Positions 26,644-35,857 of a stretch of DNA of 64,000 nucleotides are shown in pieces; position 1 is the first letter of the stretch, and each line of letters opens with the position of its first letter. Location: positions 1 to 64,000 of IMG/VR virus record IMGVR_UViG_3300038463_000730, one strand, 5' to 3'. Position numbers and translations under genes: made by a program. The notes below the pieces were generated by a model. That model was given only the letters and a program-made list of their open reading frames with translations. It ran no database searches and was not told the origin of the DNA.

Positions 26644-26967
26644 ATGAGCGACGTTCCGATAAAAGTTCAGGAGCTATTCACAGCCAGATTACGAACCCTT
26701 GGTCATCGGGTCAACACATTCTATGAGTACGGTTATCATGATTTAATTGGTCAATGTTCTATTTGTTTGGCCAATTTTGCAATCGTACCGGGTGCCTCGA
26801 ATCGGCCCGGCATCCGTCATTTGTATTCTTTGCGCGAATTGCATCGACCTAGTTATCCTCGTTCTCTGGATATTTGGGGTTGTCGCGTTGAAGAAGGAAT
26901 CATAACCCGCGATATCAAGCTTCATTTCGCTCCATTGGTTTGTCCAAAGTTTGCGGCTTTTCTTTAG
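26644..26967 (+). CDS. family A paralogue
   Basis: TLGH...CSIC...CPKFAAFL-stop. Confidence 0.8.
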   Translation: MSDVPIKVQELFTARLRTLGHRVNTFYEYGYHDLIGQCSICLANFAIVPGASNRPGIRHLYSLRELHRPSYPRSLDIWGCRVEEGIITRDIKLHFAPLVCPKFAAFL

Positions 26968-26978
26968 ATAAGGTTCGG

Positions 26979-27361
26979 ATGCATCCCGAGTTCGTCATCT
27001 ATCGTCACGTCGGAGGAAAAAGTATCGTTCCGAAAGTTGAGCGGATCTTTCGTTTGCTCGGGCACCAAATCGAATGGAGTCCGTACATTCGTCATTTGCA
27101 TGTCGATGGTTACGATTTTCTTTGTAACCGGTGTTACGAGCGATTCTTTATGCCGAGTAAGAATTTCGCTCCTTTCTCGGTAGACATCGAGTATCCTCTT
27201 TATTTTGTTTGCGAATGAAATGGTCTTTCGATATCGGTGACTTCAAACTTGGGAATTGGATGTTCCAGGTCACGGATTTTGTTGGAGAGGATCTGACTTG
27301 GGATGGTCTAGCTTTTCTTCGGCCTCAGTATCTTTGCAAACGGTTTCATGTTCTTCTTTGA
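26979..27361 (+). pseudogene. family A paralogue split by a frameshift
   Basis: LLGH...CNRC ends at 27218; C-terminal ...YLCKRFHVLL-stop is in the -1 frame and ends at 27361. Confidence 0.7.
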
Positions 27362-27364
27362 CGA

Positions 27365-27805
27365 TTGCGCCGGATTTACATTTATAACCAGATCATGACT
27401 CCGGTTTTTCGCGCCTCTCAGATTGTTCTGGAGATCAACCGACATCTTCGAGTGTTTGGTCATCGGATTTCTCGTCTCGTAACCGATTCTGGAAAAGAGC
27501 TTGGAAGTCGTGGAGCACGGCGTTGGCGTCCCGGAACGGGCAGTCGCTTTGCCAATTGCGTTCATTGTCATGTTCGACTCGAAGCATTTTTGTTTCATTC
27601 CGGTTCTGGTGATGGAATTTCGAATATGTTTTGGGTTAGTAAAGTGGAGAAAGTTTATCGGCCCGGTGGATATATTACTCGATTCTTCCAGATAAAAGAA
27701 ACATCTTCCGGATTTGCTTTGGATGAACCGTATGCCAAATTACTAGAGCGACGTCAGAAGTATCCTGAGATATTGGTTTGTACCAGGATTGCTGCGTTCT
27801 TATGA
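27365..27805 (+). CDS. family A paralogue
   Basis: VFGH...CVHC...CTRIAAFL-stop. Confidence 0.8.
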   Translation: MRRIYIYNQIMTPVFRASQIVLEINRHLRVFGHRISRLVTDSGKELGSRGARRWRPGTGSRFANCVHCHVRLEAFLFHSGSGDGISNMFWVSKVEKVYRPGGYITRFFQIKETSSGFALDEPYAKLLERRQKYPEILVCTRIAAFL

Positions 27806-27966
27806 TCAGTACAATTCATGTTAGGTCGAACACATCGCATACTGGTTAAGCATCGGCCCGAGTTGGACTCAATCCATTGGAGTTTATTTGTTTTCGGAAT
27901 CAAATGTTCGATAGCGATCTGTCGAGATCTGCTTAGTGTCTTCTCCTACCGGTACCGAGGTGATGC

Positions 27967-28179
27967 ATGGCTCAAGATAGCGAAGAGGTTCTTGCGGCTC
28001 GATATCGGAGAGAAATAGACGCTTGGAAACGAATTCTGGAAGCTGGTGAGAAAACAATTGATCCGGATCGGGAACACGATTGGGAGGATATGTGTTACGG
28101 ATTCTTTCTTGCTTTAGCGCCGAATCAACAAGTCGCTGAAGAGTTGACGGTATATTGTTACGATCATAACTTACTGTGA
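27967..28179 (+). CDS. hypothetical protein
   Basis: 70 aa ORF; GAGG RBS. Confidence 0.6.
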   Translation: MAQDSEEVLAARYRREIDAWKRILEAGEKTIDPDREHDWEDMCYGFFLALAPNQQVAEELTVYCYDHNLL

Positions 28180-28198
28180 GGACCGAGGCGAAGCCAAG

Positions 28199-28483
28199 AT
28201 GAACGAATGTAAATACTGTTCTCCTACAGGTGCCGGAACGACTCGCTGCGATAATCCAAATTGTCGTGCTCCGACACTGGATGAGCTGAATCAGATGAAT
28301 GGGATCAGTCCTTATCGAAGTCCTCATGTTCCTGAGTACAAACTTCTCTCCAGCCATCACAGCATGAAAGACCTGGAGGAACATGTCAATTCTGCCTCCG
28401 GCGAAGGATTCGAGCCGCTCATGATGACCGGAACCGGTTCGGGCCACGGTGGGTACGTTTTCGTATTGATGGTTCGACGGTAA
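28199..28483 (+). CDS. Zn-ribbon plus DUF4177-like protein
   Basis: CKYC...C...C then EYKLL...LEEHVN...EGFE. Confidence 0.6.
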   Translation: MNECKYCSPTGAGTTRCDNPNCRAPTLDELNQMNGISPYRSPHVPEYKLLSSHHSMKDLEEHVNSASGEGFEPLMMTGTGSGHGGYVFVLMVRR

Positions 28484-28490
28484 CGAAGTC

Positions 28491-29108
28491 ATGATCGACG
28501 GGTTAACTTACATTCCCGGGTTCATCACGCCGGAGATCGAATCAGATCTGCTGACCGCGATCGATATGATGCCTTGGGATATGAGCTTGAAGCGTCGTAC
28601 CCAACATTATGGTTACCGTTACGATTACACTCAGAAGTCGATTGATCGATCTCAGTTTTTGGGTCCGTTTCCTTCTTCCTTTGATGATGTGGTCCGGTTA
28701 CTTAAACCGTACGGAACGTTTGATCAATGCATTATCAATGAATACATGCCTGGTCAAGGTATCGCGGCCCACGCCGATTGTATTCCGTGTTTCGGGCCAG
28801 TCATTTGTTCGGTTAGTCTCGGATCGACATGTACGATGGACTTTGCTAATTTTCGTAACGAGAAGCCTTACCGTCGAGCCGCGATCGAATCGTTGTTCCT
28901 CGATGCTCGTAGCTTGATCATTCTTGATGGTTCGGCTCGATACGATTGGACTCATGCCATTCCGGCTCGGAAGCACGACGAGATGATTGAGCGCGGTCGT
29001 CGGGTCTCGTTAACATTTCGCTCGGTCATACCCACGGTCATACCCACGGTCATACCCACGGTCATACCCACGGTCATACCCACGGTCATGCCTTCGGTAC
29101 AGAAATGA
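28491..29108 (+). CDS. alkB: AlkB-family 2OG-Fe(II) dioxygenase
   Basis: RRTQHYGYRYDY, NEYMPGQGIAAHAD (HxD), WTHAI, RVSLTFR. Confidence 0.9.
   Translation: MIDGLTYIPGFITPEIESDLLTAIDMMPWDMSLKRRTQHYGYRYDYTQKSIDRSQFLGPFPSSFDDVVRLLKPYGTFDQCIINEYMPGQGIAAHADCIPCFGPVICSVSLGSTCTMDFANFRNEKPYRRAAIESLFLDARSLIILDGSARYDWTHAIPARKHDEMIERGRRVSLTFRSVIPTVIPTVIPTVIPTVIPTVMPSVQK
29023..29090. repeat. 12-nt tandem repeat (CGGTCATACCCA)x5 encoding (VIPT)x5
   Basis: Read directly. Confidence 0.95.
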
Positions 29109-29114
29109 ACTCCG

Positions 29115-29474
29115 ATGAAATCCGATATCAAGAACCTTAAGCGCTTCCGAAGTCGGGTTAACAAAATGGCCAACCAATATGAGCTGGATAAAGCTCGCGA
29201 GTTGTTAACCATGTTCGAATGTGAAAGTTTGATTGACGTCGTATCTGCTTCATTGCCGCGATATCTTCTTCGTAACTGGAGGCTGGTCGAGTTTAAACAG
29301 CAAGAGACAGCGTACGATTCAACATCGTTTTGGAAGTTTCGTTATGGTCGTCGGAGGTTCTTTTGTCACTTAACCGTTAATTGCTACGATATTGTATCGT
29401 ACGTCAACTTCGAAGACCCGGAAAAGTACGAAGAAATCGAACGCCAGATTAAACGTTACGCGCAATACATGTAA
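29115..29474 (+). CDS. hypothetical protein
   Basis: 119 aa ORF. Confidence 0.65.
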   Translation: MKSDIKNLKRFRSRVNKMANQYELDKARELLTMFECESLIDVVSASLPRYLLRNWRLVEFKQQETAYDSTSFWKFRYGRRRFFCHLTVNCYDIVSYVNFEDPEKYEEIERQIKRYAQYM

Positions 29475-29481
29475 GCAACGT

Positions 29482-29778
29482 ATGAGTAATCAAGCTACCA
29501 AACTCGCGACCGTTCTTCTAGAACGCCTCGGCCACAAACCATCAGCTTGGACCGTGACCTCGCTCGGGTTCGATATTACGACTTGTACCGTATGCGATGC
29601 GCCGTTTCTCGTCGATAGCCGTGGTACTAAGATCATTCTCTCAACAACCGGCTTAATGAGTATTAGTGGTTGGGAGAAGACTTATACATTTAAACCAGAA
29701 GACGTTACATACTTTATTCGCCAGGTTGCTCGCCGGTTTCCTTGGGCTTTTTGCTTGAAGTTTCAGGTTATGGTATGA
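29482..29778 (+). CDS. family A paralogue
   Basis: RLGH...CTVC...CLKFQVMV-stop. Confidence 0.8.
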   Translation: MSNQATKLATVLLERLGHKPSAWTVTSLGFDITTCTVCDAPFLVDSRGTKIILSTTGLMSISGWEKTYTFKPEDVTYFIRQVARRFPWAFCLKFQVMV

Positions 29779-30152
29779 AACGCGATTCGATCAGCTTCTT
29801 TATTGAGAGGGACTCGGATCCATCTCATCAGAAATATGCCGAGCAGTTCATCCGTTTACTCGGCCATCGAACCAGTCCGTGGATCCTGGAACGCGCTCAT
29901 CCGAACTATGGTTCGTATTCCGGTATGTATCATCTTACTCGTTGCGCTCATTGTGACATGTTGTTCGACGTCAAGATCTATCATGATTCGGCCGATGTAA
30001 ATGCTGCCGATGGCTTAATGATATATTGGCGTAAGCACGAATATTCTGGCGAGAACGATGCCGATTTGGTCACTCGAATCAATAAAACGGCCAAAATGAT
30101 GCGCCAGCACCGAACCCAAGTCATCTGCCCGAGATTAACGGTATTGCTATAG
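29775..30152 (+). CDS. family A paralogue
   Basis: LLGH...CAHC...CPRLTVLL-stop. Confidence 0.8.
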   Translation: MKRDSISFFIERDSDPSHQKYAEQFIRLLGHRTSPWILERAHPNYGSYSGMYHLTRCAHCDMLFDVKIYHDSADVNAADGLMIYWRKHEYSGENDADLVTRINKTAKMMRQHRTQVICPRLTVLL

Positions 30153-30164
30153 AGTAGGTTACGC

Positions 30165-30575
30165 ATGAACATCAAGCCCGAAGCACTATTTAAGAAGTTT
30201 CTCGAACGAATGCAACACACATATTCGATTCAGAAGAAGAAACCGACATCAAAACCAAACATCCACTTTGATGATGCGGAACTTCGTTTCGAAGAGATCG
30301 TTCGTGCTCGGTGCCATACTTGTCTTCGTGAGTACCGCCTGCTACTTACGAAAGAGACCAACTATACCAAAGTAGGTAAGGTAGGTCACACGTACGAAAT
30401 CCGTGTCAACGGTAATAAACAAGACAATGTATCGTACAACCGTTTGTTGTTTGGATTCGAGGGAGAGTTCGTCGATAACGAGATCATCATCCCGGAAGAT
30501 TGGTTTACTTCGGCTTACAAGATTGCGATGGAAAAGAAGCTATCTACCTGTACTAAATTCGATGTGATGAAATGA
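30165..30575 (+). CDS. family A paralogue
   Basis: RMQH...CHTC...CTKFDVMK-stop. Confidence 0.75.
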   Translation: MNIKPEALFKKFLERMQHTYSIQKKKPTSKPNIHFDDAELRFEEIVRARCHTCLREYRLLLTKETNYTKVGKVGHTYEIRVNGNKQDNVSYNRLLFGFEGEFVDNEIIIPEDWFTSAYKIAMEKKLSTCTKFDVMK

Positions 30576-31030
30576 GAAAACCGACTCATCTTCAAGAACT
30601 TCGCGCTTGGGCTCACGAACGAGCTAGATTGATCGGGCATTCAATAACTATTCCGAACCGATATTCTTTTGAGCCCGGAAGGCATCTTGGTTATTTAAGT
30701 TCTTGCGCTCATTGTCCACAGAAGTTTGTATTGTGTTTGGAACGGCGCCAACTTCAAAAAGACATATCCTATTCCGGCAAGTTCTCGCTTGAGACCGGTC
30801 ATCTCCTGTACCTGACCGATCAATATACCGAGGTTAGGAATGTCACGGGTTACCTTCGATCGATCTTTGGGCAAGAACTAAACAAGAAACGTTTCTCCGA
30901 TCTGCCGAGCTACTTTCATATCATCGGTGTCCACTGCTATCATTTGGATCGAACCATATCGATGGATGAACCGATGAAGAAACCGAGGACGAAGAAGTTC
31001 TTGTGTCCTCGGTTGAAGACGTTTTTATGA
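30572..31030 (+). CDS. family A paralogue
   Basis: LIGH...CAHC...CPRLKTFL-stop. Confidence 0.8.
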   Translation: MRKPTHLQELRAWAHERARLIGHSITIPNRYSFEPGRHLGYLSSCAHCPQKFVLCLERRQLQKDISYSGKFSLETGHLLYLTDQYTEVRNVTGYLRSIFGQELNKKRFSDLPSYFHIIGVHCYHLDRTISMDEPMKKPRTKKFLCPRLKTFL

Positions 31031-31500
31031 AAAACTACCCTGAGTCATTTTCTCATTATCCATGGTACATGGCATTCGAATACATCATCAACATGATGCG
31101 AATTGCGTGCCATCATCGGATGCAAATAGACGATACACCGCTTGTACGCACGATCGGAACCGACCAAGCATTTCTTGCCAATTGCATTGCTTGTGAAGCA
31201 ACGTTTATTATTATGTATCGCGCTTATTCTGGTGGAGCGGCTTCCATATGGGTTATGCAAACAATGGATTACGAAACTTTACAAACCAAAACTGATGTAA
31301 ACTTGATGTCTATTAACGGAATAACCGATATACGTAACGCATTCGGCACAGATGTCGTGAATAGTCTGCCGAATCCATTAGATGGACATTGGGTTGTTCC
31401 GGTAATGGTTCTTTACCAAGATGGTCTGGTTATTACACGACGAGAGCAAGATTATACGGACCAGATCAACTGGTGTTCGAGATTCAAATCATTCTGGTAA
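31027..31500 (+). CDS. family A paralogue
   Basis: ACHH...CIAC...CSRFKSFW-stop. Confidence 0.75.
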   Translation: MKNYPESFSHYPWYMAFEYIINMMRIACHHRMQIDDTPLVRTIGTDQAFLANCIACEATFIIMYRAYSGGAASIWVMQTMDYETLQTKTDVNLMSINGITDIRNAFGTDVVNSLPNPLDGHWVVPVMVLYQDGLVITRREQDYTDQINWCSRFKSFW

Positions 31501-31589
31501 TCCGAAAACTATCTTGCATGAATTTAGTCGAGATCCATCGGAGTTATTCGTATAACCGAACTAACGTGTAAACCGCTGATAACACTCCG

Positions 31590-31880
31590 ATGTCATATTC
31601 CTACACAAATTCCGTTATACCGAGCAAGTCACGGCGTTATGCTTTGCCTTGGGAGTTGAAAAACGGTCAATATATCCGCAGACTTTTTGCCGGAGAGACC
31701 GAATTAACTCCAATTATTTTGACGTTTGATTCTTTCCGTTGTTCATGGACGAGTCGCCCCGAATCCGCCTATTACGTTGGAATGTGTACCAGTCTTGAAG
31801 GAGCCAAATCAACGGCCGAGCGGCGTTTGAAGAAAATGGGGTTCCTATTCATAAGCAAACGTTTGGTTTGTATGTTGTGA
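31590..31880 (+). CDS. family B (PW...AK...L..xG) paralogue
   Basis: YALPW...EGAKSTAERRLKKMGF...KRLVCML-stop. Confidence 0.75.
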   Translation: MSYSYTNSVIPSKSRRYALPWELKNGQYIRRLFAGETELTPIILTFDSFRCSWTSRPESAYYVGMCTSLEGAKSTAERRLKKMGFLFISKRLVCML

Positions 31881-31895
31881 TGACGTGAGGATCTG

Positions 31896-32084
31896 ATGTA
31901 CCGTTATCGCCAAATTGAAAACGTCGTTCCAACCGAACTTGAAAACTTACTGAATAAAGAAGCAAAGGATGGCTGGGAACTTGCCAGTACGTACAATATC
32001 ATGCAACGTGACCCGTGGTCTCACTACCACAATAAATTGAATGTCGTTCTGCGCCGTGATCGACGGTTAGATTCATTCGGATGA
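31896..32084 (+). CDS. DUF4177-like small protein
   Basis: YRYRQI...ELENLLNKEAKDGWELAS...VVLRR. Confidence 0.7.
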   Translation: MYRYRQIENVVPTELENLLNKEAKDGWELASTYNIMQRDPWSHYHNKLNVVLRRDRRLDSFG

Positions 32085-32404
32085 AGAACAGAGTTGCTTA
32101 TCCATGGGTAACCAATCCAATACCTTTGTTGCGCATGATTGTTATGTATCGTGACCTTTATTGCAATTGGCATGAAGAACCAGTTCATAAGTTTGCCACG
32201 ATAGCTATCTACTATGAAGAAGCGGGTACGTTCATTATCGAAGGTCCGATCGAACAATTTATTCACGGAGAAGAGAAGAATCTTTTCGGCCAATATATCC
32301 CGGAATCCGAGATGACGTGGGACGTTGGCAAAGCATACGTTGACCGATATCTCGTATTGAACGGATTTCGCCTGGTAGATCAACGAGCCGCAATCTTCGG
32401 ATGA
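32081..32404 (+). CDS. family B paralogue
   Basis: VAYPW...GKAYVDRYLVLNGF...RAAIFG-stop. Confidence 0.7.
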   Translation: MKNRVAYPWVTNPIPLLRMIVMYRDLYCNWHEEPVHKFATIAIYYEEAGTFIIEGPIEQFIHGEEKNLFGQYIPESEMTWDVGKAYVDRYLVLNGFRLVDQRAAIFG

Positions 32405-32436
32405 CGACCGGCGCTTCCTGACTTCCATCGAGTCTG

Positions 32437-33042
32437 ATGATCAAAGAAGGAACCCGAATCACAGACGATCAGCCCCGAACACCGCTCATCGGTCAGTACA
32501 AGCTTCGCCAGGATGTCGTTCGTGTCTCAAAACGAATCGTGCGTCGTCTTGGGCATCTCATGCCGAAAGGAGCATGGCTCGAAACCTTCTCCTATCCTGG
32601 CTCGAAACTAACGGCGCGGTGTCGTCATTGTTCTCGCATTTTCGTTCTCTCGGGGCGCCCCGATGTCGGGCAAGGTAAGTGGAAGGTCGCGCCACAGTAC
32701 ACGACATCCGACGAACCAGGATTCATTGCGCGCTTCGAGCTTGACCCGTGGATTATGTTTGAAGTTATTTCAAACGCGGCAGAGATCGAGACGTCAACGG
32801 CGTTTCAAAGCGGTCGCGCGGCAACTTCTTCCGAACGGATCACGGATGTTGGCCCGAGGGATTGGGAACTGAACGCTTTTCAGCGCAGTTTTCATACGCT
32901 CGTGCAATTAGCAGGCGGAACACCTCCAACGTTCGAGGACGAATCTCTTGACGAAGAGACGAAGGAAGCTCGGCTCATTGAAAAGAAGCTCAAACCAATC
33001 GATAAACGTTTTTACTGCGCGAAGGTAAAGACCTGGTTGTAG
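32437..33042 (+). CDS. family A paralogue (long insert)
   Basis: RLGH...CRHC...CAKVKTWL-stop. Confidence 0.8.
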   Translation: MIKEGTRITDDQPRTPLIGQYKLRQDVVRVSKRIVRRLGHLMPKGAWLETFSYPGSKLTARCRHCSRIFVLSGRPDVGQGKWKVAPQYTTSDEPGFIARFELDPWIMFEVISNAAEIETSTAFQSGRAATSSERITDVGPRDWELNAFQRSFHTLVQLAGGTPPTFEDESLDEETKEARLIEKKLKPIDKRFYCAKVKTWL

Positions 33043-33082
33043 TCGGAAGTCGAGAGTCCGGTTGGGGAATCGTCTACTCGGG

Positions 33083-33478
33083 ATGATCGATGACTCGAAT
33101 GAGAGTGCTTATCGCTCGTACATGTTGCTGACGCATTTGGTTCTGCGTGTCATGGGCCATCGAATCGGTCCGTTCGCAAAACTTCGGGATGGAACCAGCA
33201 CACCGGGCGAGGGGCTCGTAGTCACGGATGAAGCGAAGTGTTCCGCTTGTGGCCGTTATTTTCGAGCGACCATGACAAACCGAACGTATTTTCAGATTCG
33301 CATTTCTCACGTTCATAACAATGTCATGTATTCGCCTCGCTCGTTCTACTTCGTAGCCAGCTTTGAGCCAACCAGCCGGGAATTGCTCGATGCACCGGTC
33401 AGCCATGTTCGTCGGTTCTTAGCAGCGGAGTCAAACTACAAGGAATCTATCTGTACACGTTTTAAGGTGATGGCTTAA
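33083..33478 (+). CDS. family A paralogue
   Basis: VMGH...CSAC...CTRFKVMA-stop. Confidence 0.8.
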   Translation: MIDDSNESAYRSYMLLTHLVLRVMGHRIGPFAKLRDGTSTPGEGLVVTDEAKCSACGRYFRATMTNRTYFQIRISHVHNNVMYSPRSFYFVASFEPTSRELLDAPVSHVRRFLAAESNYKESICTRFKVMA

Positions 33479-33497
33479 AAAAGGTTCGGGCATTATT

Positions 33498-33809
33498 ATG
33501 AAAATTCTTTCCATTTTACCTTGGAACTCTTTCGGTAAGCTTAAGGCATTCAAGATTTTTCATACTCGTTCGTCGATGTACCCGACCCATACCCATTTCG
33601 CTCGGGCCGGTGTGATTCGTTCCTCTTCTTGGAAGAATAAAGTTGCCTACGTTTGCGAAGTGAAACGCTTTCGAAAGGAGAAGGTTGTTCTCTTTGGCAT
33701 CGCCTATTCGCTCAAAGCGGCGAAAGACAAAGTGGATGAGTTTCTGCGCCAGAATAACGTTCGCATCAAAACCCGTAAACAGATCGAGCGACTCCAGGTG
33801 ATGAAATGA
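33498..33809 (+). CDS. family B paralogue
   Basis: SILPW...AAKDKVDEFLRQN...ERLQVMK-stop. Confidence 0.75.
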   Translation: MKILSILPWNSFGKLKAFKIFHTRSSMYPTHTHFARAGVIRSSSWKNKVAYVCEVKRFRKEKVVLFGIAYSLKAAKDKVDEFLRQNNVRIKTRKQIERLQVMK

Positions 33810-34096
33810 ATCGTAAGACTGCTTTCCCTTGGCGTAAAGTGTTTGCTGTTTCGGAAGTCTATGCCAGGTTCGATCCGAAAGGCGTTAAGATTGCGCAGAT
33901 CATCGTTCGAAAAAGTGACGATGGTTCGTTCGCAATCTGGAATATCCTGGCGACCGAGATGATCGACGGTGATGCGATCACCGGGCGTTGCGAGACGTTG
34001 GACTACGCATTCGAATTAGTGGATGACACGTTAGAGATGCACGGCTGGACTCTTCTTTGCACGGATATGAAGTCGGAAACAGCAATCCGTTTGTAG
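33806..34096 (+). CDS. family B paralogue
   Basis: TAFPW...YAFELVDDTLEMHGW. Confidence 0.7.
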   Translation: MNRKTAFPWRKVFAVSEVYARFDPKGVKIAQIIVRKSDDGSFAIWNILATEMIDGDAITGRCETLDYAFELVDDTLEMHGWTLLCTDMKSETAIRL

Positions 34097-34097
34097 C

Positions 34098-34442
34098 ATG
34101 ATTACTCGGTATGTACTTCCTTGGACCGCCATTCCGAAGGCTCTACGAGCCCCGGATTATCGGTACTATTACTCACGAACAATCGTTTCCCCAACCATTC
34201 CGTATGGCATGGGGTTGTCTGCTGGTTCGGTTCATCTTCTTAATGGGAAATACAAAGGACAATGTGGTCCGAATGATTGGCAATGGGCCGTATGGAACTG
34301 GCAAGAGGAACCTCTTCGGCATTCAGTTGATTCATGGTCTGGAGTCGGTTGCACGGAAGAACAAGCTCGTCGTTATGTAGATAAAAAGCTACGTAAGCTT
34401 GGATTCAAATTCGTTACAAAAAAGTGTTTGGTGTTCCTATGA
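34098..34442 (+). CDS. family B paralogue
   Basis: YVLPW...QARRYVDKKLRKLGF...KKCLVFL-stop. Confidence 0.75.
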   Translation: MITRYVLPWTAIPKALRAPDYRYYYSRTIVSPTIPYGMGLSAGSVHLLNGKYKGQCGPNDWQWAVWNWQEEPLRHSVDSWSGVGCTEEQARRYVDKKLRKLGFKFVTKKCLVFL

Positions 34443-34891
34443 GCGAAGCTGCAACCAAACGCCCGGATGAAAACGACATCCTACGAATCGTACATAATAC
34501 CATTACAGGAGCTATTCGTCGGATTGGTCACCAGCTCGCCGAAAACAAATGGAAAGAAGGACCGGTCATTTACGGATATCATCACGGTCATGCGTGGTGG
34601 CAGGATTGTGCCCGTAAATGTAAATGGCGATTCGCAATCGAGAAACAGCTTGATATTGCCGGTCGCACCCGTTTCGATATACGAGCGGTCGTCGTTCATA
34701 ACGAGAATCCGTTCATGCAAGAGATCCTGGAAAGCCACTCGCTATTTGAAATCGTTCTAGGACCGGACTTGAACCTCATCGGAGATTACACAAAACAGAA
34801 CGTCATCATTCCACTAGACGAGAACGTGATGAGAACGTTTGTTCTCGGCAGTAAAGATTGTCTATGCAGTCGTTTAACAAATTTCATCTAG
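34439..34891 (+). CDS. family A paralogue
   Basis: RIGH...CARKC...CSRLTNFI-stop. Confidence 0.8.
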   Translation: MSEAATKRPDENDILRIVHNTITGAIRRIGHQLAENKWKEGPVIYGYHHGHAWWQDCARKCKWRFAIEKQLDIAGRTRFDIRAVVVHNENPFMQEILESHSLFEIVLGPDLNLIGDYTKQNVIIPLDENVMRTFVLGSKDCLCSRLTNFI

Positions 34892-35265
34892 AGTTCCCGC
34901 TCGTCACGGATGAAATCGTTGCGAAGGCGACGCTTATCCTGACCATGCTAGGACACAAAATTGATGAAACGTCATGGGAGATCGAATCATACGGCCACAC
35001 GTTTAAAGCAGCGGCTCCACGAGTGCGTTGCTTGATTCAGAACTGCACTCACGTTTTTGGATTGATGGAAATGAGGTTTCCACGAAGTGTCAAACTGATT
35101 CGATACTTTGAACTAAACAGTGATAAAATACCAGACATACTTCTACTTATTCCAGGTCCGAGCGTTTCGCTAGATCAACTTCGAGCTACGGTAAAAACGC
35201 ACCCTGACTTTAATACTAGAGAAGTAGAACAAGCTTATTGTGTTCGGTACCGGAACCTGAGATGA
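34858..35265 (+). CDS. family A paralogue
   Basis: MLGH...CLIQNC...CVRYRNLR-stop. Confidence 0.8.
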   Translation: MSMQSFNKFHLEFPLVTDEIVAKATLILTMLGHKIDETSWEIESYGHTFKAAAPRVRCLIQNCTHVFGLMEMRFPRSVKLIRYFELNSDKIPDILLLIPGPSVSLDQLRATVKTHPDFNTREVEQAYCVRYRNLR

Positions 35266-35540
35266 ACCGTGACCTGAGCAAAATGTTGTTTCCTTGGCAA
35301 CAGCTTCCACGTCATCGGCACGCCAACTACTCTGCTCGTTACGTTAGACGCGATCGTTACGGTGAAAATATCGCTTGGATTTGGTTAAGATCGGACAGGA
35401 AGGACTGGTTATGGGAAATCTCATCAACGGGCTTAACGGGTTTCGATATGGACTTGCAGGTAGCGATGACGAAAGTGAATATCTTGCTGATCTCCGCAGG
35501 GTATACGGAACTACCAAACCGACTAAAGGTTCTCCTATAA
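35262..35540 (+). CDS. family B paralogue
   Basis: MLFPW...VAMTKVNILLISAGY...NRLKVLL-stop. Confidence 0.75.
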   Translation: MNRDLSKMLFPWQQLPRHRHANYSARYVRRDRYGENIAWIWLRSDRKDWLWEISSTGLTGFDMDLQVAMTKVNILLISAGYTELPNRLKVLL

Positions 35541-35551
35541 TTCGGATCGCC

Positions 35552-35857
35552 ATGCCATGGCATCGCGACTATTGGGAGAATGGTTGGCCAGCACCGAGTC
35601 AACCGTGCAACGATAAACGAGTTCGTATGATGTCGATGCGGATGAATCCGGAACGATACATGCTCGGAACGATTGTTCAGAACCTCGGGCAGAAAGATTT
35701 CTCTTGGGAAGTTAACAGTCAGGTATTGACGGAGAATATACTAGACGAATGGAAAGGACGATGCCGTTCCGAACTCGACGCCACTTTAACGGTCGAACGT
35801 ATTCTCCGAGAGAATTGCTTCAAACTACTAGAAGAGAAGCACTTGTTACTAGGATGA
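35552..35857 (+). CDS. family B paralogue
   Basis: MPW...DATLTVERILRENCFKLL. Confidence 0.65.
   Translation: MPWHRDYWENGWPAPSQPCNDKRVRMMSMRMNPERYMLGTIVQNLGQKDFSWEVNSQVLTENILDEWKGRCRSELDATLTVERILRENCFKLLEEKHLLLG

Noticed and set aside
27884-28492. 202-aa minus-strand ORF
   Set aside because: Overlaps two coherent plus-strand genes; no recognisable features.
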